64,000 nucleotides of DNA from Paraspadella gotoi (taxonomy: Eukaryota > Animalia > Chaetognatha), in NCBI GenBank assembly GCA_051294375.1, contig CM119269.1, positions 8,181,225 through 8,245,224 on the forward strand, given 5' to 3'. The notes beneath the pieces were generated by a model that did no database searches, had not been told where the DNA came from, and was given only the letters and a program-made list of their open reading frames with translations. Positions 38,491-51,581 of this stretch are shown piece by piece. The translations under genes and the position numbers were made by a program. Within the stretch, counting starts at the first letter, position 1, and each line of letters starts with the position of its first letter.

Positions 38491-39802
38491 CTATTTAATA
38501 TTTAAATTAATTTTAAACTTAAGTGAAATTTTTTTAATGCAGAACGTATTGTAAAGTCCTGACGACCACTTATTATTCAATACGGCCCGTTCGGTCAGCG
38601 GGGCCCGTCGTCTGCTGTCCGTCGGCTGCGGAAAGAAGCTGCATGTAAACAAAAGACTTTAATATTGTATAAAGAGTGTAAACATTTCTCATTCACGTTT
38701 TGGAATGGATATAAGAAAGAGCTGCTTAACTTTGTGATCTATTGCGTTTTATTACTTTTTCCTTTGCGAATGATTGTGATTAATATTTATTATTTTACTG
38801 TTGAATATTCATATAGATATTACAATTGTTCGCCGGTAAGAACAGCTGAATATCTATATGCTTTGATTATTTTATTAAGGTACCATTAAACATCAAGACG
38901 TTTCATAGGCATAAGAAACTTATTATATTAACTTTCTGGCGCCGCCGCCCCCCGGGTTTGAGAGTGGTTCCGTCCCGACGTCTTCTCCCTCTCCGCTAGG
39001 TCGAGGAGGGGGGTTCTTTCATCTGGTGCGTCTACATCGGCCGGGAAACACGTCTTCAAACGGCGTGGAGGATCTCGAATTCACGCGGGAAGGAACTATA
39101 TATATGTCAGATAAGAAACTCTTTACGTGAATTCGTTGCTTCGTGGATTGTAGTCTAAGGAGCAGAGCCACGTGGGATAGGGCGAGGGTAACGAGAACTA
39201 TCTTCTGGATCGTGGCTGCTCGCGTAGTTAGCAACGTCTTGCACTAGCAAGCTACAGTGTAGCTCCCTGATTAACGTGTTCAAGTAAGAGTTATTCCTTC
39301 GCATTTGTTTTCATTACGCAAATTTCTTTTCATTGCGAAGACGATAAAAAAAATTTAAATCGTTCAAGTATACCGGGAGCGGAATAAAAAAATAAAAGCA
39401 GCAAATAAGATTTCAATTAATAGCCACGTGGACGTCTTGTTAAATATTAATACACATTTTGAATCAGTTTTTATTCGGTTGAAGGTTTGAAGGTACAATT
39501 TACAAAGAGATATTCCGTACCTCTCCATGCTCCCGCCCATAATTCAACACGCTTGATACGGTCATTACCGTTTGGTTGAGCCCAAACAATTGGGTGTATA
39601 CGCACGGTTGTTTGACCCGGAGTCTTTGGAACCTAGGCCATAATTTAATTAATAAAAACCTAAAAATAATAATAAGCATATTTTAACATTAATTACATCA
39701 TTAATTTAAATAAAATTTCATTTTTTTCTTTTATCCTAGAGCAAAGGGAAATTCTTTTTTTTTTCTCTCTTACTGATTTCGTTCAAAGGTTCAATATGGC
39801 AG

Positions 39803-41070
39803 ATGGGATCCGATCCGCGCATGACGCAGGCAATTAGAGAGATGGCGACGATCCAGTCAAATAATTCGGCGGACATTCGTAGGCTAGCTGACGCGGGAAC
39901 CAGTCCGGGACCGAGAGTGAGAAGCATTCCAGGAAAGATGTTTGCGATGGGGGATGATTGGACTCTGTTCCGTACTCATTTCCGTGAAAACGTACGTGCC
40001 GTTTATCATTACGAGACGACGATGAGAGATTGGACGCAGAATGTTGTACATTAGGCCGTAGTGAAAGTTACATACGAAAATTCTAAAAGTCAATTATGAA
40101 CAACATACCATCAGTGAACATTAATTTGTAAAAAAAAATTAATTTTATGTTTTTTAATTTTCGCAGTAGGCTATATTTATATAGTACTATCCTTATAAAA
40201 TCGGAAAAATTTCAAAATAGGCTTTTCTTAATTTTGATTGCAGATTTGAATTCCTCGTAAAAAAGTTGATAAAAGAAAATATTAAATCATTTTTAAAAAT
40301 TCTTTCATTAAGTGGGTTAAAAATTAAAAAAACTATATTTAATATATAAAAAGTAATTTTCAGCTTAAAATATAGCTTTTTCTTCATTTTGACCCACTTA
40401 ATGAAGGAATTTTTTCAAAAAGAGTTATATGTTCTTTTTTTGATCAACTTTTTATGACGAATCCAAATCTGCCAAAAAATAATCTGTAAAAAAATCCTTT
40501 TTGAAGATTGTTATAGATTTATTTTTTAGTACTAGTATAAAAATATGGCCCTACTGCGTAAATTGTAAAATTTATTTATAAATTTTTTTATTACACTATA
40601 AAATGTTCGATTAGTATAATGTTGTTCGTTCCTTCACTTTTAGAATTTTAATTAAAGTTAAATTTAGGAATGTTTATACGACCTTATTGCTACATGGATA
40701 GCATCAAAGATAGAACCAGATACGGCGTTGACTTTTCAAAATATACCCGCCGAGGATAAGAGGAGTTGGACGAGACTGGATGCGGCTTTGGCTACCGCTT
40801 TCGTCAATGAGGTCGAAAAACAAAAATTCTTGACAAATTTAGATGCATTTCAGCGTGGGAAAAGAACGTTGCGTCAATATCGGGATGAGCTGCTGAGACT
40901 TACCCGTACATATCAACCCACTCTCAGTGAGGTACCAGAAGAATTCAGAGGCAACTGGTCAAGAGATTTATTGAGGGTTTGGCCGAATAAAAGCTACAAG
41001 ATAAGCTAAGGTTTCATTGTAGAAGAAGAGCGCGAGACTCTCGATGAAGCTTTTAACTACGCCCTGGATG
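39803..41070 (+). pseudogene. Interrupted gag-like ORF fragments
   Basis: ORFs 39803-40054 and 40728-41009 are separated by an AT-rich palindromic insertion and frameshifts. Confidence 0.6.
40077..40650. mobile_element. Foldback/MITE-like palindromic insertion within gag
   Basis: Nested inverted pairs: aaaattctaaaagt / acttttagaatttt; cgcagtagg..atatt..atagtacta / tagtacta..aatat..cctactgcg; ttcattaagtgggt / acccacttaatgaa. Confidence 0.7.
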
Positions 41071-41479
41071 GGAAGCATCCAGACCAGTGGAAACGATTTC
41101 AGACCAGGAGCTATATCCAGGGATTGTTTGCGGCAGGTGCCGCACTCAGCCAAGAACCTCATGGTCGGTTGACCAGCAATGAATATTTGGATCTGTGAAC
41201 AAGATCAAGACAAACGAATTGGCATTCAGAGATAGAGGACACACAAGAAGCGATACAAGAAGCGGTGAATGATCTTAGACAAGAAATGGAGACAAAATTG
41301 AAGGACTGAATAATGCCTTAATAGAGCTGCAAAGCTATGTAACAGGCAATCACGGCGCTCACTCATGCGAAAACAATCAAGTGTTAACTGTTTGAGATGC
41401 TGAAAAAAATCTGTAAATAGAAAATTGTTTTTTTTTTTGCCCCCATTCTGCTGCGTTTATATGTTAACGGTTCTCATTA

Positions 41480-42330
41480 GATATCCTTATGAAACAAATG
41501 ATATCTATATGCTTTTTGATTATTTTATTAATCGGTACCATTAATTATCAAGACTCCAAGTGGATAAGAACACTTTATTATAAACTTGTACGGCGCCAGC
41601 GGGTCCCGGTCTTTCAGTCCAGTTTCTCTCCCGACGTCTTCTCCTCTCGCTAGGTCGAGGAGGGGGTTCTTTCACTTCCATAGTCTTTTAAACGTGCTTG
41701 TACGTTTTAATATAATGATAAATCATATTTGCTCCGTACAGACCGTACTAATCATGTGCTCCTAAACGAAAGAGTTGAAAAGTTGATTTCCTTCCTGAAC
41801 AATGATGACTTTTGTTTTTTCTCTACGAATTCCTTGACAGTCTGCCATCTGCAAAGACTAAAAAACAAAGTAGCAACACATATGAGACATTTAAAACGTG
41901 ATTTGAAACTAACAAAGTAAAAAAAATCGATACAGAGCAATAATTTTATTACTTTTTTGTGTCTTTTCCTTTTTACCTTTTTACCTTTTTACCTTCTTTT
42001 CTTTTTTTCTTGCTTGTGTCTCTTTTTATTCTGCGTCTTTCGTATTCATTTCTAACAAAAACTCGTTTTTGGCCAAAACTCAGTTCGAGTCAAATCTTCG
42101 CTGCACAAAGTTCAATAAATTCTGCCTTTTTGAGATTTTTCGTCAAATGATATCGGGATTAAGATTTGACCTCATTTCTCTTAAAAGTATTACGCATTCT
42201 CTTTTCGAAGTAAAAAATTAGGGCGACAACTTGTGAAAAAAAAATTATTAAGAAAGAAGATGGCTTCTTTGGGACGGAAACGCGTCTGGGATTTATTTAA
42301 TTCGGTCGCTTTGGCAACGTAAGTAAACTT
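41480..42330 (+). repeat. Error-rich duplicate of ~36700-37620
   Basis: Colinear match with numerous 1-bp indels. Confidence 0.85.
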
Positions 42331-42929
42331 TTTTCGTTGCAAATGTTATGTGAATTCGTTATTTATACGCCCTTTCTTTAATGACATCTTGCTAACATAA
42401 GAAAATTAATACCGAAGGCAATATTCCCAATTTTCATACTTCATACTCTCAATTAATTATCATTTAATTTGTTTCAAAGCTGTCCCTTAACCTTACTATA
42501 ATCATTTAGCAGTCTCAAGATCATTATCTTATGCCTAATTATATTCACTTTTCCTTTATCTTGATTAAGTGCTTAATGCGGGCGTGAGTAAAAAATATCT
42601 GCATTTGATAAATGTTATTTTCTTAATCTTTTTTTATTTTCTTAACTCTGGGTGAAGTTTGTTTCACGAGTTCAGTTTTCATGCTTTTGTGCATCACAGG
42701 TTCTCTCTCTCTCTCNNNNNNNNNNNNNNNNNNNNNNNNNCTCACCTGCGTGTCTCTCAAATCTCTTATCATCTCTAGTCCGGTCTCGATATCTCCTCTC
42801 CTCAGGGTGATCCTGGATGTCTTAATCGTCTCACAGCTCTATCACATCGCGTAGCCCCCGACTCGCCCTGCCGATAGCATCTCTTCCTCCCTCTCATCTC
42901 ATCTTTGCGCTCTCGTCCTCAGGTTCTTT

Positions 42930-44614
42930 CTTTTCTCTCTGACGTCTCTAAAAATCTCTCTTCGTTTTGTGAAGTTGTTCGCCTATTAAGCTCTCAATTC
43001 GCATTCCCGTTATCACTCTACGTTTTTTATCACTGTTTCTTTTTTTGTGTCATCGTTCACTACATCTATCTCTTTCTATAGTTTTCATTTAATGAAATTG
43101 GTACAGACATATCTGCAAGTCATAAAAATTTAACATTCCATCGTTAAATAAAATAAGTAGTCATTGGCCTGACTTTGGACAGGCCTTGGTGTTTAAGGCC
43201 TCCATCACTCTACACAGACTAATGACATAGCAGTCCCTGCAAGCTTCTCAATTAAACTCTCTCAACAGTCTCTTGTTTATTCACTCCGCAGAGAGTACTG
43301 GCTTCCACTATCAATGAAGGGTGAAAAATATTCAAGAGAATGTTATCCAATTTGGTATGAAAGACGCATCCTTAATGTTATTAGACGATCGGGAATACCT
43401 TATTGTACCTGCCGGCACTAGCATCATTTTTGGGTCATATCTTATTATTTTCTTCTCCTTTCTTAGTGTTTCTTTTTCTCTCGCTATTTTTTGGATCTTC
43501 TTTCTTTGTGTCTTCTCGTTTTCTTACTTTTTTCTTTTCCTTTTGCCTGTGACATTTTTCTTTACGGTTGTCTCATCAAAAATCCCCCTCAAAGTATCGG
43601 TTTTTGTCTGTAAATTGTCCTTCTTCCCGTTTTTAATCCCTGTTTCCATTAATTGGGATTGTTTCCCGATTCTTCCGACGTGGGTTCCAATTTCTTTGTT
43701 GGTGACATAAATTCTCCTTCTTTCTATCCTCTCTTTCTCTGCCTACATCGTCACGAACCTAATTCTTATTATTTTATCTCTCATTTACCATTTTATTATT
43801 CGTTTGATTGATTTATTCCTTTCATTTAATTTTTCATGGTCAGTTCCCTATTTTTGACGTTTAGATACTCTTTCATTGACTTTTCATTTACCTTTTGATT
43901 TTTTTTCTAATTTCGCATTTTATCTTTCTTTTTTACTTTTTTGTCTATTCTTGACACCGCCTTGCAACTCCAAATCTCTCTTCTCATCGGTATTCTCGTC
44001 GAATCCGTCCCATCTCTCTCTCATACACTCTCGTCGGATCTCGTTCCTGCTCTCGTATCATCGACTCTCTCTCTCTCTTCATCTGCTCTCCGATTCTCTC
44101 CTCTCTCCTCCACTTCTCATCTCTCTTCCTCAGTCTCTCTCTCCTACTTCTCCCTTCGATCCAATTAAAGGTTTTCTCTCTCTTCTCTCTCTGCCAGCGC
44201 CGGAGTGTCCGCCCAACTCTCAAGGCTTCGGCGGCGGCGTCGGCGGCCGACAGCTGCATTTGTTGGGAGCGGGAGTGAAGCCGACGAGATGCTTGCCCAC
44301 TCTCCCATGGTAACGCGAATCGAAGATCTCTCCTTCTTTGCCCCATTCGACCGAGGGATGGCGCTGAAGGAGGGAAGAGGCAGAATACGCCTTTGATGGT
44401 GAGGGAAGTTGGTTGTGCAATAAGACGAGTTGTGGACAATGAGGGAAGAAGGTTGAGAGAGGAAGAGAGAGAGAGAGAGACGAGAGAAGAGAGAGAGAGA
44501 GAGGAGTGAGAGATTACGTGGTTGTTGTTTCTATTCTATTTTCGCTTCTGATTTTTTGTTTCCCCACCATTTTCGCAGGGATGAAAGGCAAACAATGGAG
44601 AGAGAAGAGATGAG

Positions 44615-44663
<49 letters not shown>

Positions 44664-45483
44664 AGAATAAAAATACGATTTGAGTGACGCATCTGCGTGT
44701 TTGTTAGATCGGGACATAAGGATACAAAGATCTGAAACGGAAGAAAAAAAAAAAAGAAAGTCGGAAAGAAAGAGAAGGCACAAAAAGAAAAATGATGAAG
44801 AAAGAAAGAGAATCAAATAACAAAGGGACCAAGATTTGGAGTCAATTTCATCCGGGTATTCCATCCGTCGATAGAGGTTCCGCCATTTTCCATAGATCTC
44901 CATAATAAATTCATGTTAAGGTCTCCGAGCACCCAGATAAAGTATTTTTCAATCGCTTTTTTTCTGCTTTAATCCTTGTTTTCCCTCTTTCCCCCATTCA
45001 TTTTAAGCCCGCTTCTACTTTCTGACTTTATCTCATCTTTTTTATACTTTTTTCCTGACCCTTTTCTCGTTTCTTCCTTCTTTTCTTTTCCATTTTTCTT
45101 TCTAATACTTTCTCCTTCTGATTTTATTTCCCCCTTTTTCTTCCTTTTTTTTGGTTTTCCTCTTCCACTTTCTTGTCAACTTTCTTCGTTTCACTCCTTC
45201 CTCAATAACTACTTTTTCCTGTTTCCCCCGATTCACCCCTCATAATTTTCCTCATCACCGACACCCGCATTTCCCCCACCGATGTCCTCTCGCAGCACCG
45301 GCTTATCGGCGCGGCGTCACGGCCCGAAGTCGGTCGCCGAGACTGCGTCAATTCTTCGGCGCCGCCAAAAGTCCTTGTTCGTGACGCGGCGTCGTCTGCT
45401 GGCTGGCGCCGGATGACGAACACGAACGGAATCGCTGACGACAGGCCGGCGTCGATTTGAGACATACGAGATTCAGGCGTGAT

Positions 45484-45518
<35 letters not shown>

Positions 45519-45522
45519 AGAG

Positions 45523-45566
<44 letters not shown>

Positions 45567-48500
45567 GAGAGAGAGATGAGAGAAGAAGAGAGAAAAGAGA
45601 GAGAGAGAGAGAAAAAGAGAGAGAAAAGAGAGAGAGAAAGAGAGAAAGAGAGAGAGAGAAAGAAATTGTAACTTTACTTTCTGTTTCTGGCTCCTTTGAT
45701 TTATTTTTTCTGTTTCCTTTCTTAGGATCGCTAATTTAAATTGTATAGATTTCAGTTTTTTTATGTTTTTTACTTTTTTCGTAAGTTAACTAATTTGTCA
45801 ATGATACATAGAGTTTATAAATATATGCTACTGGGAAACCCTCGGCTAACGTAAAGGATTAAGAGAGATCCGATAGGTAATGTTTAAGTACTAGTACGAA
45901 GGAACAAAAATTAATCATTTAAAAAAAAAAAAATATATATATATTATAAATCCAATAATTAAGTCCTGAATCAATATTTGATGAAAGTTTTACAAATATA
46001 ATTTAGCCAAGAAATAAACATAAAAAATGGATTTACTGGGAGCTCTGCCATGAGTACAAATATCATTGGGTAAACTTTCGAATTAGCGATAATCAGTAAT
46101 CCTGAAAAGCTAAAACAAAAAAAAATCCGAGGTCACTGCGAACAAATTTCACTGTGAGCACGTTCGCGTTCGCCTCCTTTTCACACTACGAGTCGGGAAA
46201 TGCTCCGCCAATAGTTCCTCTTCCCAACTCCCAACTCCTCCTCCTCCTCCTCCTCTTCCCAATTTCAACGCCTCCATTCCCGCCGCCATCGAAACGCCAA
46301 AAGAGTCACGACCTCAATTCACGCCCGCCTCGATCCACCTCCAAATCCGCCGATCACCTTTACCGGAACATCCCCGGACGCTGACGGTTCGGCACTCAGC
46401 CGGATCTTTCCCGTCTTCAATCAACCCCACGTGAATCGCCATTCCGTCCTGTGGCGAATTCCGTCGTGATGTGTCGGTTCAAAAGCCGACATGAGCGCCG
46501 TTTCTTTTCTTTCTCGGCGTTGAAGGACGAAGACAGGCGCCCCAAGCCACGTTGAATCCTCCACGAATCTCCACCGAGACAAAACGTGCCGAAGTCGTTG
46601 AGATCCTTCAAGAGGCTCGTCTGCATCCAGAAAGCGCGCGGTCGGCCGTCAACAGGAGAAAGCTCTCCCAATTTGGGAGTCGAGGACCCAACTGATTCCG
46701 GGAGTCAGAACTCGAAAACGTGTCGAAGTTTGCTTGATCGTACTCGAAAATTAAAAAGAACCACTGTCAACCTGCCCGTCAAGTTTGCGCTTCCCACGAG
46801 ATTTTCAGGTCGGGTAGCAGCTTGGGAGAGATCCTCTAAGGAGTTGATCTTCCGACGGATTTGACCGAGTTGGTAATGACCCGGCCGAGAAGAGGGTCAG
46901 GAAAGGTGAAAAAGGAAAAAGTTTCCAAAAAAAGACCCAAAATCTGATCGCGAACGGAACGACGTTTCGATGCCGTCGTTATCCGCGCCACGAGAGGGCG
47001 GTGGACGGCCGTCCGCAGGCGTCCACGGACGGACAGCCGGTAAATGGCACAGAGTTCTTGGAATTTGCTCCAATAATTGCGAATATGGAGGCGGCCGCGC
47101 ATGACCGTCACGCGATCGCGAGGCGAAATCTTGTTGAATATTAAACAAATATCAAATGAAAAGAAAGATTTTAAAACAATGTAACGGGCTGATTATTAAA
47201 AGTATTCCATAAATGGTATAGTTCCAGACTTATCCATGATTGGGTATTTTCAAGGCACATTGGCATTAATTTTTTAATAATTTTGACTATATAGATTTAA
47301 TAATTTATGTTACTGATTATCATATTTAAAATGTAAACGAGACGAAAATCCCCGACTTATTAAAATGCACCTCGTCTTCTCGCGTCGTAATTCAAAAATC
47401 AAATTCAGCAAACCCGTATTTATTTATTTAATGACCTTGATAAAAAAACTGATATTACCTTCGGAAACCTTGGCACAATATTTAACGAGCATACCTCCCA
47501 CCTCTTCAATTTGCCAACCATCGCTGCACACCCCACACATGTTGAGGATAATCATCCACACAACTTCCTCCGAGTCGAGGACTGCTTGACGATAGATCTC
47601 CCTTCAATCCGCTTGAAGTGCTTCCGTCTGCCTTCGTGACGAAGGGGGGGGGGGGGGGGGGTGACCAGAATATTACCATGGAGACGTTAAGGCCGGAGAA
47701 ATCGAAAGTCTCTCGCCTGCATACCACTCTCTGATAGAAAGCAAAGAGTTGGGCCGCGTCGGAATCGCCCGTCACGCGCGTGGCCGCCGAGACTCCCACC
47801 GCAACGTTTTTCGAAGTCGCCGTCGATATGCCCCAATCGCCCGCGAAGTGGGAGGGGCTGTAGGCGAATCAGGGCAAATCGGCGGAGGAAGCCCTTCCAG
47901 CAGACGCATCTGGCGTGGAGCACCGTCAATCTGATTTGATCCAAGGACCGAGGCGGTTTGGTTTCTCCTTCCAAGTCGCACGGGCGACCGACTTGATTCC
48001 GAGGAAAGGCTTGAAGAGACAAGCGACAGGACGAGATTGGACTAAACCGTATCGTCCATGTGTCGACAGACTTCATCGAAAAAGGGGTTGTCGGAGTGGT
48101 GGAAGGCATCGATTACTGGGGTGTGGTTGGGGGTCGAAGCGCTGGGAGGGAAGGATGGATATTGAATTTGTTTGGGAAATATAAGGGCAAAAGCATGAAT
48201 CAATTATAACATTGATGCGAGAAATGAATATATTTATAGATGGATGAAGTACATTGATGAAGTTGATTTTTAAAAGAATTTAAGGATTGATTGGAGTGAA
48301 TGGATTTGATGGAAAGATTAATTCATAGTTGAATGTTAATACTTTTTGGATGGAATAAATACATTTTATTGGTCATAAAGAAAATATAGATAGATACAGT
48401 ACCTAATGCAGGAAATGAATAATGCTTTCGTGGTACATTGTTGGATGGATGAATACATTGATCAAAGGATGAATAAAATCGAACGAAGGAATGAATGCTA

Positions 48501-49962
48501 TTTGTATAGATGAGTGAAAATATTAGGAAAGGAAAAAATACATACACAGGATGAAATACGATTATTTTTATTGATGAGAGATAGTTTCATTTAAAAAAAA
48601 AATATAATGATATCAGACAAAATTGTTGATTTTGTAATTATTTTACATATTTGGCGTTTACTATTTTTTATTTTTACTATTTTTTACCTTATTGATGTTT
48701 ACCCTTTTTACCTAAAAACGGGGAAAATGTTTTTTTTTTTTTTTTTTTCTGCTTTTGCCCGGAAATAGTCGGAATTCAGTTCCTTTCACGTTTGTTTGTT
48801 TTTTGGAGAAGACTAGAGAATGAGATAAATTCCATTGGTGAAGGGAGACAGGTAAATCAATTGTGGATTTTTTATAAGATCCAACTTTTTTGGTCCTCCA
48901 GTTGGTCGATAATTATTTTTAAAAAAAAATATTATTTTAAATGATGCACTGGTATAGTAAGAATAAATGAGATTTTTTAACATTATAACATCATGTTGTG
49001 TTGTTTAGCAAAATAATGAAAGCAATTTTTGTATGAACTTGCACTGAATGGCAAGAATTACATTTTATTTATTTAATTTAAAATTTACGAATTAAAATAA
49101 ATGATATTATTTAGTTGAACCGAGCATGCAAGAACTTTACTTCTATCATACTCGAGTGATTTTTTTTTGGTTATCGATGTCTCGGATTTTCGAGCCTTCA
49201 CATGAAGTTTCTCTCTTTCCGTAGTAAACGCGCGAACCTCCTTTGTCACGCTTGGGCTTTTAAATTGTCGATGCCGTTTTTATCACTTTGGTGGCCACAC
49301 TTATTTGACACGTTTTGCATAACCTGGCATTTTTTTGGCATTCTAACTTTAGGAGACAAACTCTATTTTTTTTTTTAAAAATTATAACTGGTCAAAACAT
49401 TTGTTTATCGATCTTCAACTGTCTAGTTTTTATCTTTTGTTTTTCCCCAGTGTCTTCTAACCGTCAACGTATGATTCGTCCTGAGTGCTGACCGCCGAAT
49501 CTTGTCTTTTCCTTTTCTGTTCTTGTTGAACGTTATTCGTATTTCGCTGAGCGGCAGAAATATTTGACCCAATCCTTTTTTATGATCCTTAGCGTCGGGA
49601 TCACTCATTGGCTATTGGGACCCTTTTTGACCACTGGACCGCCAGTGCCAGTGACCATCCGACAGTTTCGGATGGTATTTGGACCAAATGACGTCATCAG
49701 ACGATAAATATCGACTTTGATGCAGTCATTTAACGTCTCATAGAACGAACCGTCACCTCATAGTGAACAAACGTGACGTTTCTTTATCGACCAATTTGGC
49801 GAACAAAAGGCGAATTCCCCGATCAATCGTTCTGTATATATTATACTATATTATATATATATTCGTTATTATGTATATGTAATAAAGGGCAAGCGAGAGG
49901 GGGACACACACGCCCCTGAGAGAAGAAAAAAGAAGGAAAGAAGAGAAAAAGAAGGGAAGAAA
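42930..49962 (+). repeat. Indel-rich tandem duplicate of ~49995-56305 (ADHFE1 5' exons plus nested receptor-like gene); artefact or pseudogene
   Basis: Colinear anchors 42935/50000, 44270/51135, 45280/52139, 47500-48200/54010-54620 and 49880/56220. All coding parts are frameshifted, mostly by insertions. Confidence 0.85.
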
Positions 49963-49964
49963 AG

Positions 49965-49997
<33 letters not shown>

Positions 49998-50139
49998 CTC
50001 TCTGCGTCTCTAAATCTCTTCGTTTTGTGATGTTTTCGCCTTTAGCTCTCAATTCGATTCACCTTTCACTCTTCCGTTTTTTATCACTTTTCTTTTTTGT
50101 GTCATGTCATCTCCTTTTTCTTCTCTTTTCTTAGTTTTC

Positions 50140-50400
50140 ATTTATGAAATTGGTACAACCAATATAAAAATTATCCATTCATTTAATAAATAAGCTATCT
50201 TGCCCCTGACTTTGGACAGGCCTTGGTGGTTTAAGGCCTCCATCACTCTTACAAGATAATGACATAGCAGGTCCCTGCAAGCTTTCAATTAAGACTCTCT
50301 CACAGTCTTGTTTATTCACTCCCAGAGTACCTGGCTTCCCTATCAATGAAGTGGAAAATATTTCAAAGAATGTTTCAATTGTATGAAAAGACCACTCCCT
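50140..50400 (-). repeat. Dispersed repeat family A copy
   Basis: Reverse complement of 14630-14862 and 8941-9065. Confidence 0.85.
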
Positions 50401-51104
50401 TATGTATTAGATCGGGGAATACTTATTGTACTCCGCACTAGCATCATTTTTGGGTCATATCTTATCTTATTTCTTCTCCTTTCTTAGTTTTCTTTTCTCT
50501 TCCTTTTTTGGATCTTCTCTTGTGTCTTCTCTTTTCTTACTTTTTTCTTTTCTTTTCCTTGACATTTTCTTTACGTTTCTCATTCAAAATCACCCCAAAG
50601 TATCGGTTTTTTCTTAAAATTTCCTTTTCCCTTTAATTTCCTGTTTCCATTAAATTGGGATGTTTTCCGATTCTTCCGACGTGGGTTCCAATTTCTTTGT
50701 TGGTGACAAAAAATCTCCTTCTTTCTATCCTTCTATTCTCTGCCTTACATCGTCACACCTAATCTCTTATTATTTTATCTCTTCATTTACCATTTTATTA
50801 TTCGTTTGATTATTTATTTCCCCCTTTCATTTAATTTTTCATGTCAGTTCCCTATTTTGACGTTTATATACTCTTNNNNNNNNNNNNNNNNNNNNNNNNN
50901 NNNNNNNNNNNNNNNNNNNNNNNNNNNNNNNNNNNNNNNNNNNNNNNNNNNNNNNNNNNNNNNNNNNNNNNNNNNNNNNNNNNNNNNNNNNNNNNNNNNN
51001 NNNNNNNNNNNNNNNNNNNNNNNNNNNNNNNNNNNNNNNNNNNNNNNNNNNNNNNNNNNNNNNNNNNNNNNNNNNNNNNNNNNNNNNNNNNNNNNNNNNN
51101 NNNN

Positions 51105-51296
51105 GCGGCGTCGGCGGCGACGCTGCTATTTTGGGAGCGGGAGTGAAGCCGACGAGATGCTGCCCTCTCCATGGTAACGCGCAACCTTCTTTGCCCCTTC
51201 GACGAGGGATGGCGCTGAGGAGGGAAGAGGCAGAATACGCCTTTGAGGTGAGGAGTTGGTTGTGCATAAGACGAGTTGTGGACAACTGAGGGAAGA

Positions 51297-51332
<36 letters not shown>

Positions 51333-51547
51333 NNNNNNNNNNNNNNNNNNNNNNNNNNNNNNNNNNNNNNNNNNNNNNNNNNNNNNNNNNNNNNNNNNNN
51401 NNNNNNNNNNNNNNNNNNNNNNNNNNNNNNNNNNNNNNNNNNNNNNNNNNNNNNNNNNNNNNNNNNNNNNNNNNNNNNNNNNNNNNNNNNNNNNNNNNNN
51501 NNNNNNNNNNNNNNNNNNNNNNNNNNNNNNNNNNNNNNNNNNNNNNN

Positions 51548-51581
<34 letters not shown>

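Larger units (their letters stand above)
38550..41674 (+). mobile_element. Degenerate LTR retrotransposon (Gypsy-like): 5' LTR, PBS, broken gag, partial 3' LTR; no pol seen
   Basis: LTR at 38550-39021, then tggtgcgtc..cggccggg (PBS-like). Gag-like fragments at 39803-40054 (F..GDDW..F..HF) and 40700-41070 (W..L..AL..AF, QRG..L..Y..EL..L). The LTR 3' part recurs at ~41480-41674. Confidence 0.7.
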
